Origin: Methylophilaceae bacterium
Lineage (GTDB): Bacteria; Pseudomonadota; Gammaproteobacteria; Burkholderiales; Methylophilaceae
Reading direction: 5' to 3'
Length of the DNA: 64,000 bases
Assembly (NCBI GenBank): GCA_031399315.1
Contig: JANNOS010000106.1
Span: 32,385-96,384, forward strand
Shown here: piece by piece, positions 18,345 through 29,506 of the stretch
How the letters are laid out: every line of letters begins with the position of its first letter
Position numbering within the stretch: the first letter of the stretch is position 1
The notes under the pieces: model-generated
Told to the model about the DNA's origin: nothing
What the model saw: the letters and a program-made list of their open reading frames with translations, nothing else
The model's database searches: none
Position numbers and translations under genes: made by a program

Positions 18345-20927
18345 TTAAGCTGCAACTTCAGCAATTGGAATCACTTTTTTGCCACTACTCAACGTATCAA
18401 GCGCCGCTTTGTATTCCGTCATTTGATTAAAATTAAGGTATTTGTAAATCTCTGCTGTATTCGCCAACTTATTACCCACGGTTTCTAAGTATTCTACATG
18501 CGTTGGCATGCGTCCAAGCTTGGCGCACACCGCCGCCAACTCGGCAGAACCCAAGTAAACACGTGCGTCCTTACCCATGCGGTTATCAAAGTTGCGGGTG
18601 CTGGTGCTAAACACTGTTGCTTTATCGGCCACACGCGCTTGATTGCCCATGCACAATGAGCAACCTGGCACCTCGGTACGCGCGCCTGCCACGCCAAACA
18701 CAGAATACACACCTTCATCGCGCAATTGCGCTTCATCCATGCGGGTTGGTGGGGCAATCCATAAACGGGTTGGAATATTGCCCATGCCATCCAACACTTT
18801 AGCCGCAGCACGATAATGGCCGATATTGGTCATGCAACTACCAATAAACACCTCGTCAATTTTGTCGCCCACTACGGCTGATAGGGTTTTGATATCGTCT
18901 GGGTCATTCGGGCAAGCCACAAGCGGCTCTTTGATAGTGCTTAAATCAATTTCAATCACATGTGCGTACTCAGCATCTGCATCAGGCTTGAGCAATTCTG
19001 GCTTTTTGAGCCACGCCTGCATGCTTTCTATACGGCGTTGTAAGGTGCGTGCATCTTCGTAGCCGTTTTCTATCATGCTTTGCATCAGCACAATATTAGA
19101 GTTTAAAAACTCAATCACGGGCGCTTCATTCAACAACACAGTACAACCATTAGCAGAGCGTTCAGCCGACGCATCAGCAAACTCAAAAGCTTGCTCGACT
19201 TTCAAATCTGGCAAGCCTTCAATTTCTAAAATACGGCCGTTAAACACGTTTTTCTTACCTGTTTTTCCAACCGTTAATGTACCTTCTTGAATCGCTGCGT
19301 ATGGAATCGCATTCACCAAATCACGCAAGGTAATACCGGGCTGCATTTCACCTTTAAAACGCACCAACACTGATTCTGGCATATCCAAAGGCATCGCGCC
19401 TGTAGCGGCGGCAAATGCCACCAACCCTGAACCTGCTGGGAAAGAAATACCAATCGGAAAGCGCGTATGAGAATCGCCGCCCGTACCAACAGTATCAGGC
19501 AAAATCAAACGGTTTAACCATGAATGGATCACACCATCACCTGGGCGCAAACTCACGCCACCGCGACTAGACATAAACTCTGGCAGTGTATGTTGCAATT
19601 TAATATCCACAGGTTTTGGATAAGCGGCTGTGTGGCAGAAGCTTTGCATGACTAAATCACTGCTAAAACCTAAGCAAGCCAATTCTTTTAACTCATCGCG
19701 CGTCATGCCGCCCGTGGTGTCTTGTGAGCCTACTGTGGTCGCTTTAGGCTCACAATAGGTTCCTGGACGTACGCCCTTCACGCCACAAGCTTTACCCACC
19801 ATTTTTTGCGCTAAGGTAAACCCTTTATTCGAAACTGTTGCAGGTGTCGCCGTAATGAATGCTGTCGTTTCAGGTAGTTCCAAAGCTTTACGCGCATTAG
19901 TAGTCAGGCCACGGCCAATAATAAGTGGAATACGCCCACCAGCACGCACCTCATCTGGCATGGTAATTGGGCTTAAATCAAAGGTAGAAATCACTTCTCC
20001 TGCTTCAGACAGCACTTTACCCGCAAACGGTTGAATGATAATCACATCACCAGTTTGCATTTTTGATACATCACATTGAATCGGCAAGGCGCCAGAGTCT
20101 TCTGCAGTATTAAAGAAAATTGGTGCGATTTTACTGCCTAACACCACACCACCAGTGCGTTTATTAGGAATGTTTGAAATATCATTACCCATAAACCATT
20201 GCACAGAGTTAATCGCCGATTTGCGTGATGAACCTGTACCGACCACATCACCTACATAGGCCAATGGCAAGCCTTTTTGTTTTAAGGTATCAATTAACTT
20301 GAGGCCATCGGGCATTTTATTCACCAACATGGCCTTGGCATGCAAGGGAATGTCCGGACGACTCCATGCTTCTTGCGCAGGACTTAGGTCATCGGTATTC
20401 GTTTCGCCATCTACCTTAAACACGACCATTTTAATTTCTTTAGCCAACACTGGTTTGCTAGTAAACCATTCCGCATTGGCCCAAGACTCCATCAATTTCT
20501 TAGCGTGCGTATTACCCGCTTTCATTTTTGCTTCTACATCATGAAAGCTATCAAACATGAGGATAGTGCTACTTAATGCGGTCACTGCATGCGCAGCCAT
20601 CGGCGTGTCTAGTAAGTCAACCAGCGCCAGTACGTTGTATCCACCCAGCATGGTCCCTAGCAATTGCACTGCTTTCTCAGCTGAAACGAGGGGCGATTTG
20701 GTTGCGCCTTTAGCAATATCAGCAAGAAAAGCCGCTTTCACATAAGCAGCTTGATCAACGCCTGCAGGGGTGCGATTTTCTAGCAAATCTAACAACAATG
20801 TTTCTTGTCCTGCTGGCGGTGCTTTTAATAGCTCAACCAGTGAGGCCACTTGCTCCGCGCTTAATGGCAATGGTGGGAGTTCTTGTGCAGCACGTTCTGC
20901 TACGTGTGTTTGATACGCTTTTAACAT
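18345..20927 (-). CDS. acnB: Aconitate hydratase B / 2-methylisocitrate dehydratase
   Basis: [55 protein letters not shown]. Confidence 0.97.
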   Translation of the reverse strand: MLKAYQTHVAERAAQELPPLPLSAEQVASLVELLKAPPAGQETLLLDLLENRTPAGVDQAAYVKAAFLADIAKGATKSPLVSAEKAVQLLGTMLGGYNVLALVDLLDTPMAAHAVTALSSTILMFDSFHDVEAKMKAGNTHAKKLMESWANAEWFTSKPVLAKEIKMVVFKVDGETNTDDLSPAQEAWSRPDIPLHAKAMLVNKMPDGLKLIDTLKQKGLPLAYVGDVVGTGSSRKSAINSVQWFMGNDISNIPNKRTGGVVLGSKIAPIFFNTAEDSGALPIQCDVSKMQTGDVIIIQPFAGKVLSEAGEVISTFDLSPITMPDEVRAGGRIPLIIGRGLTTNARKALELPETTAFITATPATVSNKGFTLAQKMVGKACGVKGVRPGTYCEPKATTVGSQDTTGGMTRDELKELACLGFSSDLVMQSFCHTAAYPKPVDIKLQHTLPEFMSSRGGVSLRPGDGVIHSWLNRLILPDTVGTGGDSHTRFPIGISFPAGSGLVAFAAATGAMPLDMPESVLVRFKGEMQPGITLRDLVNAIPYAAIQEGTLTVGKTGKKNVFNGRILEIEGLPDLKVEQAFEFADASAERSANGCTVLLNEAPVIEFLNSNIVLMQSMIENGYEDARTLQRRIESMQAWLKKPELLKPDADAEYAHVIEIDLSTIKEPLVACPNDPDDIKTLSAVVGDKIDEVFIGSCMTNIGHYRAAAKVLDGMGNIPTRLWIAPPTRMDEAQLRDEGVYSVFGVAGARTEVPGCSLCMGNQARVADKATVFSTSTRNFDNRMGKDARVYLGSAELAAVCAKLGRMPTHVEYLETVGNKLANTAEIYKYLNFNQMTEYKAALDTLSSGKKVIPIAEVAA

Positions 20928-21055
20928 AGTGATTTAAGGCTCAATTAATAAATAACAAAGTTACAAAAAAATTACAGAGAAATACAGACTAGCCGAAAAT
21001 GTCGCGTCAGTTCACATACTTAAAACGCTCACAATTTAAACTAGTTCTTGCTATC

Positions 21056-21367
21056 CTAGTTTTTACTATCTGAATAAAACTCTTTTGCAAACGGAACAGG
21101 GCAGCCAGCGCCTAAAGACCTCACTTCCCATCTATCCAGCACGGCTTTTTGGTAATCTTTACCATGCTTCAGCGCTAAAAAAGCACGAACTTCCGTCACA
21201 TCTGCAAAGCCGTTTTTATCTGCATCCATAGCCAGCACGTTGTCTTCAACTGTTGGGCCTGCATACCTACCATCTTTATCGGTGAGATAGCCCAAAATAT
21301 CTTCTGCACTAGCCGCTGTGGCTACAAGTAGCAAACAAACCAAAGCGATAGCTTTCACATTTTTCAT
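21056..21367 (-). CDS. Secreted protein with one EF-hand
   Basis: Signal peptide; loop DADKNGFADVTE; C-terminal GCPVPF. Confidence 0.7.
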   Translation of the reverse strand: MKNVKAIALVCLLLVATAASAEDILGYLTDKDGRYAGPTVEDNVLAMDADKNGFADVTEVRAFLALKHGKDYQKAVLDRWEVRSLGAGCPVPFAKEFYSDSKN

Positions 21368-21417
21368 TCAACAATTATGACTGAAATTAGAACAGAAAGT
21401 GCAATCTACTCTACAAA

Positions 21418-22974
21418 TCAAGACACAGCATGAATTTCAATGATTTGATGTTGTGCTAGCTTTGCTTCCCCTATTTTTTCTTTCCAAAGCGCAGGCCCAG
21501 TTTTATGTACCGATTCACCTGTCGCACTTACGGCGACAGTTACGGGCATGTCTACCACCTCAAACTCATAAATCGCTTCCATGCCTAAATCTTTAAACGC
21601 AATGACGCGAGATTTTTTAATGGCTTTACTCACCAAATACGCCGCACCACCCACTGCCATCAAATAGACCGATTTGTGTTTTGCAATCACTGCTAGTGCT
21701 TCATCACCACGCTCAGCTTTACCGATCGAACCTAACAAACCAGTGTTCAACATCATCTCCGTGTAATCATCCATCCGCGTTGCCGTGGTGGGGCCTGCAG
21801 GCCCTACCGCCTCATCGCGCACCGCATCCACAGGGCCAACGTAATAAATAAACTTATTACTAAAGTCTACGGGCAACTCCTCGCCTTTTGCTAACATGTT
21901 AGCGATGCGCTTATGTGCTGCATCGCGCCCAGTTAACATTTTACCGCTCAATAATAATGTTTCGCCCGCTTGCCAAGTGCTCGTTTCTGCCTTGGTCACT
22001 GTGTCTAAATTCACCCGTTTAGCCTGTCCACTTGGCGCCCAATGCACATCTGGGTAGCTACTTAAATCTGGCGGCGTGAGCTCTGCTACGCCTGTGCCAT
22101 CCAACTCAAAATGCACATGTCGCGTTGCGGCACAATTGGGAATAATCGCTACTGGCAAGCTTGCTGCATGCGTTGGATAATCCAAAATTTTCACATCCAA
22201 AACTGTCGCAAGACCGCCTAACCCTTGCGCACCAATACCCAAATTATTTACTTTTTCAAAAATTTCTAAACGCAATTCTTCTAACCTATTTTGTGCGCCT
22301 CTTAATTTAAGTTCATGCATATCAATGGGCGCCATCAGTGATTCTTTCGCCAGCAAGACAGCCTTTTCTGCACTGCCGCCTATACCAATGCCTAACATGC
22401 CTGGAGGGCACCAGCCTGCACCCATTTGGGGCACAACGTCCAATATCCAATCCACAATGCTGTCATTTGGATTCAACATCGCAAGCATGGCCTTATTCTC
22501 TGAGCCACCGCCTTTTGCTGCAATGCTGACCTCAACTTTATCGCCTGCAACTAGTGAAACATGCACCACAGCGGGCGTGTTATCTCTAGTATTGGTACGC
22601 TTTCCAGCTGGGTCGGTCACTATAGAAGGGCGTAACTTATTCTCTGGTAGCAAGTACGCGCGGCGTACGCCTTCATTCACCATTTGCTCAACATCTAAAG
22701 CCGCATCTTCTGGTGCACTGAGCCAATTAACTTCCATGCCTACTTTTACAAAAGCAACAACAATGCCAGTATCCTGACAAATCGGGCGCTTGCCTTCTGC
22801 ACACATTCTAGAGTTAGTTAGAATCTGTGCGATTGCGTCTTTAGCGGCAGGTGATTGCTCTAGCTTGTATGCCTCGCCCAAGGCCTGAATATAATCCGCA
22901 GGGTGGTAATAAGAGATATATTGCAATGCATCTGCAATACTTTGAATGAAATCTGATTTTTTTATCGTGACCAT
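21418..22974 (-). CDS. fumA: Class I (Fe-S) fumarate hydratase
   Basis: IADALQYISYYHP, RPICQDTG, KGGGSENK, GWCPPG, TGRDAAHKR, GPTTATRM; start placed at ATG 22974. Confidence 0.95.
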   Translation of the reverse strand: MVTIKKSDFIQSIADALQYISYYHPADYIQALGEAYKLEQSPAAKDAIAQILTNSRMCAEGKRPICQDTGIVVAFVKVGMEVNWLSAPEDAALDVEQMVNEGVRRAYLLPENKLRPSIVTDPAGKRTNTRDNTPAVVHVSLVAGDKVEVSIAAKGGGSENKAMLAMLNPNDSIVDWILDVVPQMGAGWCPPGMLGIGIGGSAEKAVLLAKESLMAPIDMHELKLRGAQNRLEELRLEIFEKVNNLGIGAQGLGGLATVLDVKILDYPTHAASLPVAIIPNCAATRHVHFELDGTGVAELTPPDLSSYPDVHWAPSGQAKRVNLDTVTKAETSTWQAGETLLLSGKMLTGRDAAHKRIANMLAKGEELPVDFSNKFIYYVGPVDAVRDEAVGPAGPTTATRMDDYTEMMLNTGLLGSIGKAERGDEALAVIAKHKSVYLMAVGGAAYLVSKAIKKSRVIAFKDLGMEAIYEFEVVDMPVTVAVSATGESVHKTGPALWKEKIGEAKLAQHQIIEIHAVS

Positions 22975-22987
22975 CTTAAAATAGCGC

Positions 22988-24631
22988 TCATCTTGAGGAT
23001 TTTGCAGTCGCAATGCTCGGATTAATGTCTTTACGCAAGATTTTACCATTTTTGGTGCGCGGAAAGTCCTTGGCTAAATAAACCGTTTTGGGGCTTTTGT
23101 AAGCCGCCAAATGTTGTTTTCCATACGCTAATAAATCATCTGGGCTTGTGTTTGCATCTGGTTTTAAAATCACATAAATGACCACCAGCAATTTATCTTT
23201 TTCAATTTCCTCACCGACAGCTGCACAATCGGCGACATCAGGGTGGCCTTTATACACACGTTCGATTTCGTAAGGCGATACACGATAACCAAAGCTTTTG
23301 ATAATGTCATCTTTACGGCCTAAAAACCAAATATAGCCATCTGCATCGTATTTAGCGTAATCTCCCGTGAAAAAGTAGTTATCATGCTTGTATTTTGCAG
23401 TTTCTTCATCCAAGTTCCAGTAACGCAAAAATACGCCTGGGTCATCTAGTGGCACACTAATCATGCCCTCTTCACCTGTTACAACTTCTTCAAGTGTTTC
23501 CGGGTTAAGTAGTTTGATATGGTGGCCAGGTTGCGGAAAACCAGCTGAGCCAGGACGTATAGAGCGGAATTGACTTTGGCTTAAATAATAAGAAAACTCA
23601 CTCATACCCACTGCTTCATAAATATCTAGACCGAACCGCGCCTTCCACTGACTCAATACTTCATCTGACAAATGTTCACCCGCGCTCATGTAATGACGCA
23701 GGCTCGAAATATCAGTTTGAGTCGCTTCTGTTTTTTGCAAAATTTGGCGATAAATGGTTGGCACGCCAATAAAAATAGTGGCCTGATGTTTTTGAATAAG
23801 GCTTAACCACACCTGCGCGTCATTTTTACCTTCGTGCACAATCACTGTTTTGCCTAAATACAGCGGATCCATCAAACCAGAACCCAACACGTAGGTCCAA
23901 TTAAATTTGCCAGAATGCATGATACGGTCATTCAAACTATCGTCATAATTAAACCAATACTGGGCAGCAGGCTGGCGACCAAGCAGGGCACGGTGCGCGT
24001 GCAATACACCCTTTGGGTAACCTGTTGTACCACTGGTATAAACTAAGTAAGCAGGATCATCTGCCTTTGTTTTATATGACGCATCACATTTTTGGGTGAC
24101 GCTTAAAGCGCTGTCTAAACCCAATACATTTAAGCAACCATGTGGTTGTGTATGCGCGGCTTGCGTTAGCAGTATGTGTGACAAGTTAGGCATGTCTGGC
24201 ATGCCTGCAACCAATTGCTCTTCCATATTGACCCATGCTTTTTGATCAGTCACTAAGACTGTAGCGCCTGAGTCTTTTGCTAAATAAGCAACTTCTTCTG
24301 CAGTGAGTAAAGTAGAAGTCGGTACAGAAATCGCCCCCATTTTCATCGCGCCTAAAAATGCAATTGGGTAGTCTAAGCTATTGGGTAAGCGAATCAGAAC
24401 ACGGTCGCCGACTTTTACTCTTAAATTGCGTAATAATTGTGCAAACTGGTCCGTTTTGCGTGCCAACTCGGTAAAGGTAATTTGTGCTGTACCTAGTACG
24501 TCATCCTCAACAATCATGGCGATATTATTGGCTAGCGGCGTGTTCAAATGTTGGTCGCTACAGGCCACGCCAATATTAAAATGTGATGGAATATTCCATT
24601 GCCATTCTGGGAAATTTTCAAATTTACTCAT
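22988..24631 (-). CDS. Acyl-CoA synthetase (AMP-forming; benzoate-CoA ligase/ACSM-like)
   Basis: YTSGTTGYPKG, YEAVGMSE, TGD, GRKDDIIKSFGYR, P.T.NGK. Confidence 0.9.
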   Translation of the reverse strand: MSKFENFPEWQWNIPSHFNIGVACSDQHLNTPLANNIAMIVEDDVLGTAQITFTELARKTDQFAQLLRNLRVKVGDRVLIRLPNSLDYPIAFLGAMKMGAISVPTSTLLTAEEVAYLAKDSGATVLVTDQKAWVNMEEQLVAGMPDMPNLSHILLTQAAHTQPHGCLNVLGLDSALSVTQKCDASYKTKADDPAYLVYTSGTTGYPKGVLHAHRALLGRQPAAQYWFNYDDSLNDRIMHSGKFNWTYVLGSGLMDPLYLGKTVIVHEGKNDAQVWLSLIQKHQATIFIGVPTIYRQILQKTEATQTDISSLRHYMSAGEHLSDEVLSQWKARFGLDIYEAVGMSEFSYYLSQSQFRSIRPGSAGFPQPGHHIKLLNPETLEEVVTGEEGMISVPLDDPGVFLRYWNLDEETAKYKHDNYFFTGDYAKYDADGYIWFLGRKDDIIKSFGYRVSPYEIERVYKGHPDVADCAAVGEEIEKDKLLVVIYVILKPDANTSPDDLLAYGKQHLAAYKSPKTVYLAKDFPRTKNGKILRKDINPSIATAKSSR

Positions 24632-24637
24632 AAATCA

Positions 24638-24772
24638 CTTCCAAAAATTCAGAATTCCGGGATGAAGCGCAAGGCGTACAGCGCGCAGAAAGCGGAATGT
24701 ACACAAAGTACATGAGCATTTTGAGCACTGCACAACATAGCGATTCGCCTGAAAAATGGATTTTCATAGAAG
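24638..24772. repeat. RPE1-like palindromic element (~135 bp)
   Basis: Imperfect terminal inverted repeats (cttccaaaaattcag.../...ctgaaaaatggattttcatagaag), central atgtac-acaaa-gtacat hairpin followed by gagcattttgagcactg, matching my recollection of the RPE1 core. Confidence 0.7.
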
Positions 24773-25879
24773 CACCCCGTATGGCCAGTTTTGGCGTACC
24801 ACCTGCTCTGGCAACTGCTCCAACACATGTATCGCAAAATCAATATCGCTTGATTTAAGTGCGCGCAGGGCATGCGCACGTAGCAATGTTTGCAGCGCTT
24901 TACCAAACATGGGTGGGTCTAGCATCTCGCCTTCAAACTTAATCGCACCGCCATGCAATGCGTCAGCCTCTATGGCAGCTTTTAAAATCGCCACTTTTTG
25001 CGCGACATCGGTGGGCGAAGGCGTATAAGCCGTTTTGCACAAATGAATATGGCTAGGGTGTATCACTTGCTTGCCAGTCAAGCCCATGGCCGCTTCTTGG
25101 CAAGCATGTTTATAAACTGTGCGTGACTCATTATCACCATGTAAATCCAACCAGCGACGTACATCGTGCGGCTCTAAAAACTTCTCTGGCATGATATTTT
25201 CACCGATGAGCGTTTCAACACCACCAATCACGCCTTTACCCGCAATACGCGCCTCGAACATGAGTTGATTCATGTAAAACTGCAATTCTTCTATCCAGCC
25301 CTCGGGCGTAATGTGAATACCCATTGCTTTTGAAAAATCATGAATACCAAATACAACGTGCTTAACCGTGTTGTATTGCATAATTTCTGGCGCGATTTTA
25401 AGCGATTTTGGATGCTCTATAATCGGTTGAATGGTGATGTGCGGGTTTACGCTCAATAACAAGCTAGATAAATCTCTCACTTCTGGCGCGCCGTAGACTT
25501 CACCTGCCTTAGCCAGCATGACGACGTCGATATAGTCACCCATTTCTCGCACCAACTGCATATCAAGCTCGTATTCATCGGTACGAAAAGAATTACAGCG
25601 AATCGCGACTGTCACGCGCTCATTCACTTTGCGTAACAACGGAAGTTCTTGACGCAGCAAATCGCGGCTCATGACCTTTTGACGGCAACCATCTTCCAAG
25701 TCAAAAATAAGCGTATGCGCAATGGTGTTATGCGCATGTTTTTTCATGCGCGCACTGGCCTGTGTCATGTCTTCGTAAATACCCAAACTAGGGGCATACT
25801 TTACTGGCGGATAATATAACTGTATACCTGGCCAGTAATCGCCTAAGTTAGTTTTTTTAATTATTTCATCACTCATCAT
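24764..25879 (-). CDS. CitE/HpcH-HpaI family CoA-ester lyase (divergent paralogue 1)
   Basis: LIFDLEDG, AIRCN, PIIEHP, VFGIHDF, GLTGKQVIHPSHI, GEMLD. Confidence 0.85.
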   Translation of the reverse strand: MMSDEIIKKTNLGDYWPGIQLYYPPVKYAPSLGIYEDMTQASARMKKHAHNTIAHTLIFDLEDGCRQKVMSRDLLRQELPLLRKVNERVTVAIRCNSFRTDEYELDMQLVREMGDYIDVVMLAKAGEVYGAPEVRDLSSLLLSVNPHITIQPIIEHPKSLKIAPEIMQYNTVKHVVFGIHDFSKAMGIHITPEGWIEELQFYMNQLMFEARIAGKGVIGGVETLIGENIMPEKFLEPHDVRRWLDLHGDNESRTVYKHACQEAAMGLTGKQVIHPSHIHLCKTAYTPSPTDVAQKVAILKAAIEADALHGGAIKFEGEMLDPPMFGKALQTLLRAHALRALKSSDIDFAIHVLEQLPEQVVRQNWPYGVLL

Positions 25880-25911
25880 TTAGCCTTTTTATGTGCCCTG
25901 CAGCCCAACAT

Positions 25912-26181
25912 CTATGCGGCTGACAGAGCATGCAATTTATCCATTACAGATTGTTGTGCACCATCTTTTAAGTGTAAATTTTTGAACTGCAAAGTGTTCC
26001 AAAGCTCGTTATCTTGCATCGCTAACAAAGCATCGAAAGCGTGCAATTCATCTAAAGTGAGCGCGTAAAAGTATTGCGCAACAAAGCGCTGCAGCACAAT
26101 GTCGAGCTCCAGCATACCTCGCCTACAGCGCCACGCAAGTCGCCGCTGTTCTGCATCTTTCATGTTTTCCGCATTAAGCAT
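25912..26181 (-). CDS. sdhE: FAD assembly factor SdhE
   Basis: RLAWRCRRGMLELD motif; downstream of sdhB. Confidence 0.92.
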   Translation of the reverse strand: MLNAENMKDAEQRRLAWRCRRGMLELDIVLQRFVAQYFYALTLDELHAFDALLAMQDNELWNTLQFKNLHLKDGAQQSVMDKLHALSAA

Positions 26182-26186
26182 CAGTA

Positions 26187-26969
26187 TTAACCAACTGTAA
26201 TACCAAATATTTTTTTAGGTGGTTTACCATTTTTATCAACACCACTATCTTGGTTGTTGCTTTCTTTCGCGCGCTCAATTTTTAAATCTTTAATATTGGC
26301 AATGGCTGCGTTGGGGTTCAATTTTTTCGGGCACACTTCAACGCAGTTCATAATATTATGGCATCGATATAAACGGTAAGGGTCTTCTAAGTTTTCCAAA
26401 CGCTCTTCAGTCGCTTGATCGCGCGAATCCATAATAAAGCGGTTGGCTTGCATCAAGCCTGCAGGGCCAACAAACTTATCAGGGTTCCACCAAAAACTCG
26501 GGCATGAAGTCGTGCAAGCACCGCACAAAATACATTCATACATGCCATCTAATTTCGCCCTATCTTCTGGGCTTTGCAAACGCTCAGTTTCGGGTAGCGG
26601 GTCGTTGTTAATTAAATACGGTTTTACCGAGTTGTAATGTTCAAAAAACTGCGTCATATCCACCACTAAATCACGTATCACTGGCAAGCCAGGCATGGGG
26701 CGCAGCGTAATAGGCTGCTCTAAATCTGCCAGCTTGGTAATGCAAGCCAAGCCATTTTTACCATTAATGTTCATGGCATCGCTACCACATACGCCTTCAC
26801 GACAAGATTTACGTAAACTCAAAGTATCGTCATGTTCTTTAATGCGAATCAGCGCATCTAACAACATGTGGTCTTCATCTTGTAATTTAATGTCGTAATC
26901 CTGCATGTACGGCTTTTTATCCGTGTCTGGGTTGTAACGATAAATAGAAAACTTCATTTGCTTTGCCAT
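26187..26969 (-). CDS. sdhB: Succinate dehydrogenase Fe-S subunit
   Basis: SCREGVCGSD, CILCGACTTSCP, CHNIMNCVEVCPK; start placed at ATG 26969. Confidence 0.97.
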   Translation of the reverse strand: MAKQMKFSIYRYNPDTDKKPYMQDYDIKLQDEDHMLLDALIRIKEHDDTLSLRKSCREGVCGSDAMNINGKNGLACITKLADLEQPITLRPMPGLPVIRDLVVDMTQFFEHYNSVKPYLINNDPLPETERLQSPEDRAKLDGMYECILCGACTTSCPSFWWNPDKFVGPAGLMQANRFIMDSRDQATEERLENLEDPYRLYRCHNIMNCVEVCPKKLNPNAAIANIKDLKIERAKESNNQDSGVDKNGKPPKKIFGITVG

Positions 26970-26970
26970 G

Positions 26971-28719
26971 TTAATACACCCGTTTTTTCGGTTCAAACGA
27001 TTCTACTGTCAAAGGTTTTAAACGCACTGGTTTATAAGTTAACGTATTGTTTTGTTTATAAAAAAGTGAATGTTTTAGCCAAGCTACATCATCGCGCTCA
27101 CCAAAATCTTCACGTGCATGTGCGCCACGGCTTTCAGTACGGTTATTAGCTGCATGCATGGTCGCAACCGCCGATTCAATCAAGTTATCTAGCTCCAACG
27201 CCTCTACGCGCGCGGTATTAAACACTTGGCTTTTATCTTTAATTGTGAGGTGTTGTACACGTTTGGCAACAGCATCAATTTCGCCAACACCTTTAGCTAG
27301 CAAATCCGGGAAACGAAACACGCCACAATGCGTTTGCATGGTTTTGCGCATGGCGTCACCTACTTCCGCAACGTTCTCGCCTTGCGCACTCTCTAGGCGT
27401 GCAATACGCGCGAGCGTTGCATCGGCCACATTGCTTGGCAATGGCTTATGTGCTTTATTTTGGGCAATCTCTAACACCATTTTGTCACCCGCCGCTTTGC
27501 CAAACACCACCAAATCTAACAGTGAATTTGACCCCAAACGATTAGCGCCGTGCACAGAAACGCAAGCGCACTCGCCAACCGCATACAGACCATTCACCGG
27601 CTTTTCGCCCTCAAGCACCACCTGCCCGTCCAAGTTGGTTGGAATGCCGCCCATCATATAGTGTGCGGTTGGCACCACGGGAATCGGGTCGTGAATTGGG
27701 TCGACATTGGCAAAAGTTTTAGCAATCTCACGAATGCCTGGCAAGCGTTTATTAATAATCTCTTCACCCAAATGGTCTAATTTTAAATAAACCGCATCTT
27801 TATTTTTACCCACGCCGCGGCCTTCTTTAATCTCGGTAGCAGATGCGCGCGCAATCACATCACGACTGGCTAAATCTTTTGCATGCGGTGCGTAGCGCTC
27901 CATAAAACGCTCGCCTTCACTATTGACCAAATAACCACCTTCACCACGCACGCCTTCGGTAATCAGCACACCTGCGTTGAGTACGCCTGTGGGGTGAAAT
28001 TGCCAAAACTCCATATCTTGTAGCGGCAAACCAGTACGCGCCGCCATCCCTAGGCCATCACCCGTACAAATAAACGCATTGGTACTGGCTTTAAAAATAC
28101 GCCCAGCACCGCCAGTCGCCAGCAGAGTCGATTTGGCTTGCATAATATGAATCTCGCCTGTTTCAATTTCCAACGCAATCACACCCAGCACGTCGCCATC
28201 TACATTTCGAATTAAATCGAGCGCAAACCACTCCACAAAAAACTGCGTATTGGCTTGGATATTGCGCTGATAAAGCGTGTGTAGCATGGCGTGACCAGTT
28301 CTATCTGCCACTGCGCAAGTGCGCGAAATGGGCGTTTCACCAAAATTTTGTGTCATGCCGCCAAAAGGACGTTGAAAGATTTTGCCATTTTCTAAACGGT
28401 CAAACGGCATGCCAAAATGCTCCAGCTCAATAATGGCTTTTGCGGCGTTTTTGCACATAAACTCAATCGCATCTTGGTCGCCCAAAAAGTCCGAACCCTT
28501 GATGGTATCGTACATGTGCCACAGCCATTTATCCTCAGCCACATTGCCCAGCGCTGCGGCAATACCGCCCTGTGCTGCAACCGTATGTGAGCGTGTTGGA
28601 AATACTTTTGAGAGCACTGCCACCTTAACGCCCGCTTGCGCCAACTGCAAAGAAGCGCGCAAACCTGCGCCACCTCCACCTACAATGACTGCATCAAATT
28701 GATGTATTTGTAATGCCAT
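26971..28719 (-). CDS. sdhA: Succinate dehydrogenase flavoprotein
   Basis: [35 protein letters not shown]. Confidence 0.97.
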   Translation of the reverse strand: MALQIHQFDAVIVGGGGAGLRASLQLAQAGVKVAVLSKVFPTRSHTVAAQGGIAAALGNVAEDKWLWHMYDTIKGSDFLGDQDAIEFMCKNAAKAIIELEHFGMPFDRLENGKIFQRPFGGMTQNFGETPISRTCAVADRTGHAMLHTLYQRNIQANTQFFVEWFALDLIRNVDGDVLGVIALEIETGEIHIMQAKSTLLATGGAGRIFKASTNAFICTGDGLGMAARTGLPLQDMEFWQFHPTGVLNAGVLITEGVRGEGGYLVNSEGERFMERYAPHAKDLASRDVIARASATEIKEGRGVGKNKDAVYLKLDHLGEEIINKRLPGIREIAKTFANVDPIHDPIPVVPTAHYMMGGIPTNLDGQVVLEGEKPVNGLYAVGECACVSVHGANRLGSNSLLDLVVFGKAAGDKMVLEIAQNKAHKPLPSNVADATLARIARLESAQGENVAEVGDAMRKTMQTHCGVFRFPDLLAKGVGEIDAVAKRVQHLTIKDKSQVFNTARVEALELDNLIESAVATMHAANNRTESRGAHAREDFGERDDVAWLKHSLFYKQNNTLTYKPVRLKPLTVESFEPKKRVY

Positions 28720-28735
28720 GTTTTATAAATTCCAC

Positions 28736-29083
28736 TTAAATATTCAACAAGATAAAACTAATCCAAACCAAATACATCACTAACAAAATATCCACAATAA
28801 ATTGCAGATTAGCCCGCAGCTTTTTATTAAAAATATAATCTTTAAACACATCACTTACGCCTAACCACGCATGCATAAAAAGACTCATAAAAAAAACAAA
28901 AGTCAGCAACTTAAACCAAGCAGGAGCAACAAACGCATGCCAAGCCTCAAAGCCAAATGGTTGCTGAATAGTCACTAAAATAATCAACAGAACAATATAA
29001 CCCGCCATGATGACCGCGGTTAGGCGTTGCGATAACCATAAGCGCATGCCTGGGTATTTATTAGTCAGTAATTGAATTAGCAT
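28736..29083 (-). CDS. sdhD: Succinate dehydrogenase membrane anchor
   Basis: WLSQRLTA, HAWLGV.DV.KDY; synteny. Confidence 0.9.
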   Translation of the reverse strand: MLIQLLTNKYPGMRLWLSQRLTAVIMAGYIVLLIILVTIQQPFGFEAWHAFVAPAWFKLLTFVFFMSLFMHAWLGVSDVFKDYIFNKKLRANLQFIVDILLVMYLVWISFILLNI

Positions 29084-29102
29084 ATTGTTTTTATTAAAAA
29101 CC

Positions 29103-29489
29103 TTACCAAATTACAAAAGCAAAAATTACAACAGAAAAACCGACCAACCACAGCACAACTCGTCCAGAAAAGCGGGCTTTTTGCAAACTTGTCATCCAAT
29201 GTATGTCTTGCAACAAATGCCGAATACCAGCAACAAAGTGATGAAAAAAAGCCCATGCAAACCCAATAAGCATGAGTTTTATAAACCATGTGTCAAATAA
29301 ACTTACCAGTTGCGCATAAGTATCTTGCGACTTAAGAGAGTATTGGAAGGTAAGCAAAATAAGCGGCAACATTAAAAAAAGTGCCATGCCAGAAGCTCGA
29401 TGCAGGATTGATACCACCGCATTAATGGGCAGGCGAATCGTGAATAGATTCAAATTTTTTGGCCGGTTAGCTACTCTTTTTTGTTCCAT
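29103..29489 (-). CDS. sdhC: Succinate dehydrogenase cytochrome b556 subunit
   Basis: RPKNLNL, SILHRASG, HHFVAGIRHLL.D. Confidence 0.92.
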   Translation of the reverse strand: MEQKRVANRPKNLNLFTIRLPINAVVSILHRASGMALFLMLPLILLTFQYSLKSQDTYAQLVSLFDTWFIKLMLIGFAWAFFHHFVAGIRHLLQDIHWMTSLQKARFSGRVVLWLVGFSVVIFAFVIW

Positions 29490-29506
29490 ATAATTCTTTG
29501 ACTGAA

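Noticed and set aside
22975-23049. 25-aa N-terminal extension of fumarase in the ORF track
   Set aside because: Overlaps the synthetase 3' end; the family N-terminus fits ATG 22974
24649-24906. 85-aa minus-strand ORF spanning the RPE1-like element
   Set aside because: Overlaps a real gene in another frame; the open frame is explained by the element, with no RBS or family evidence
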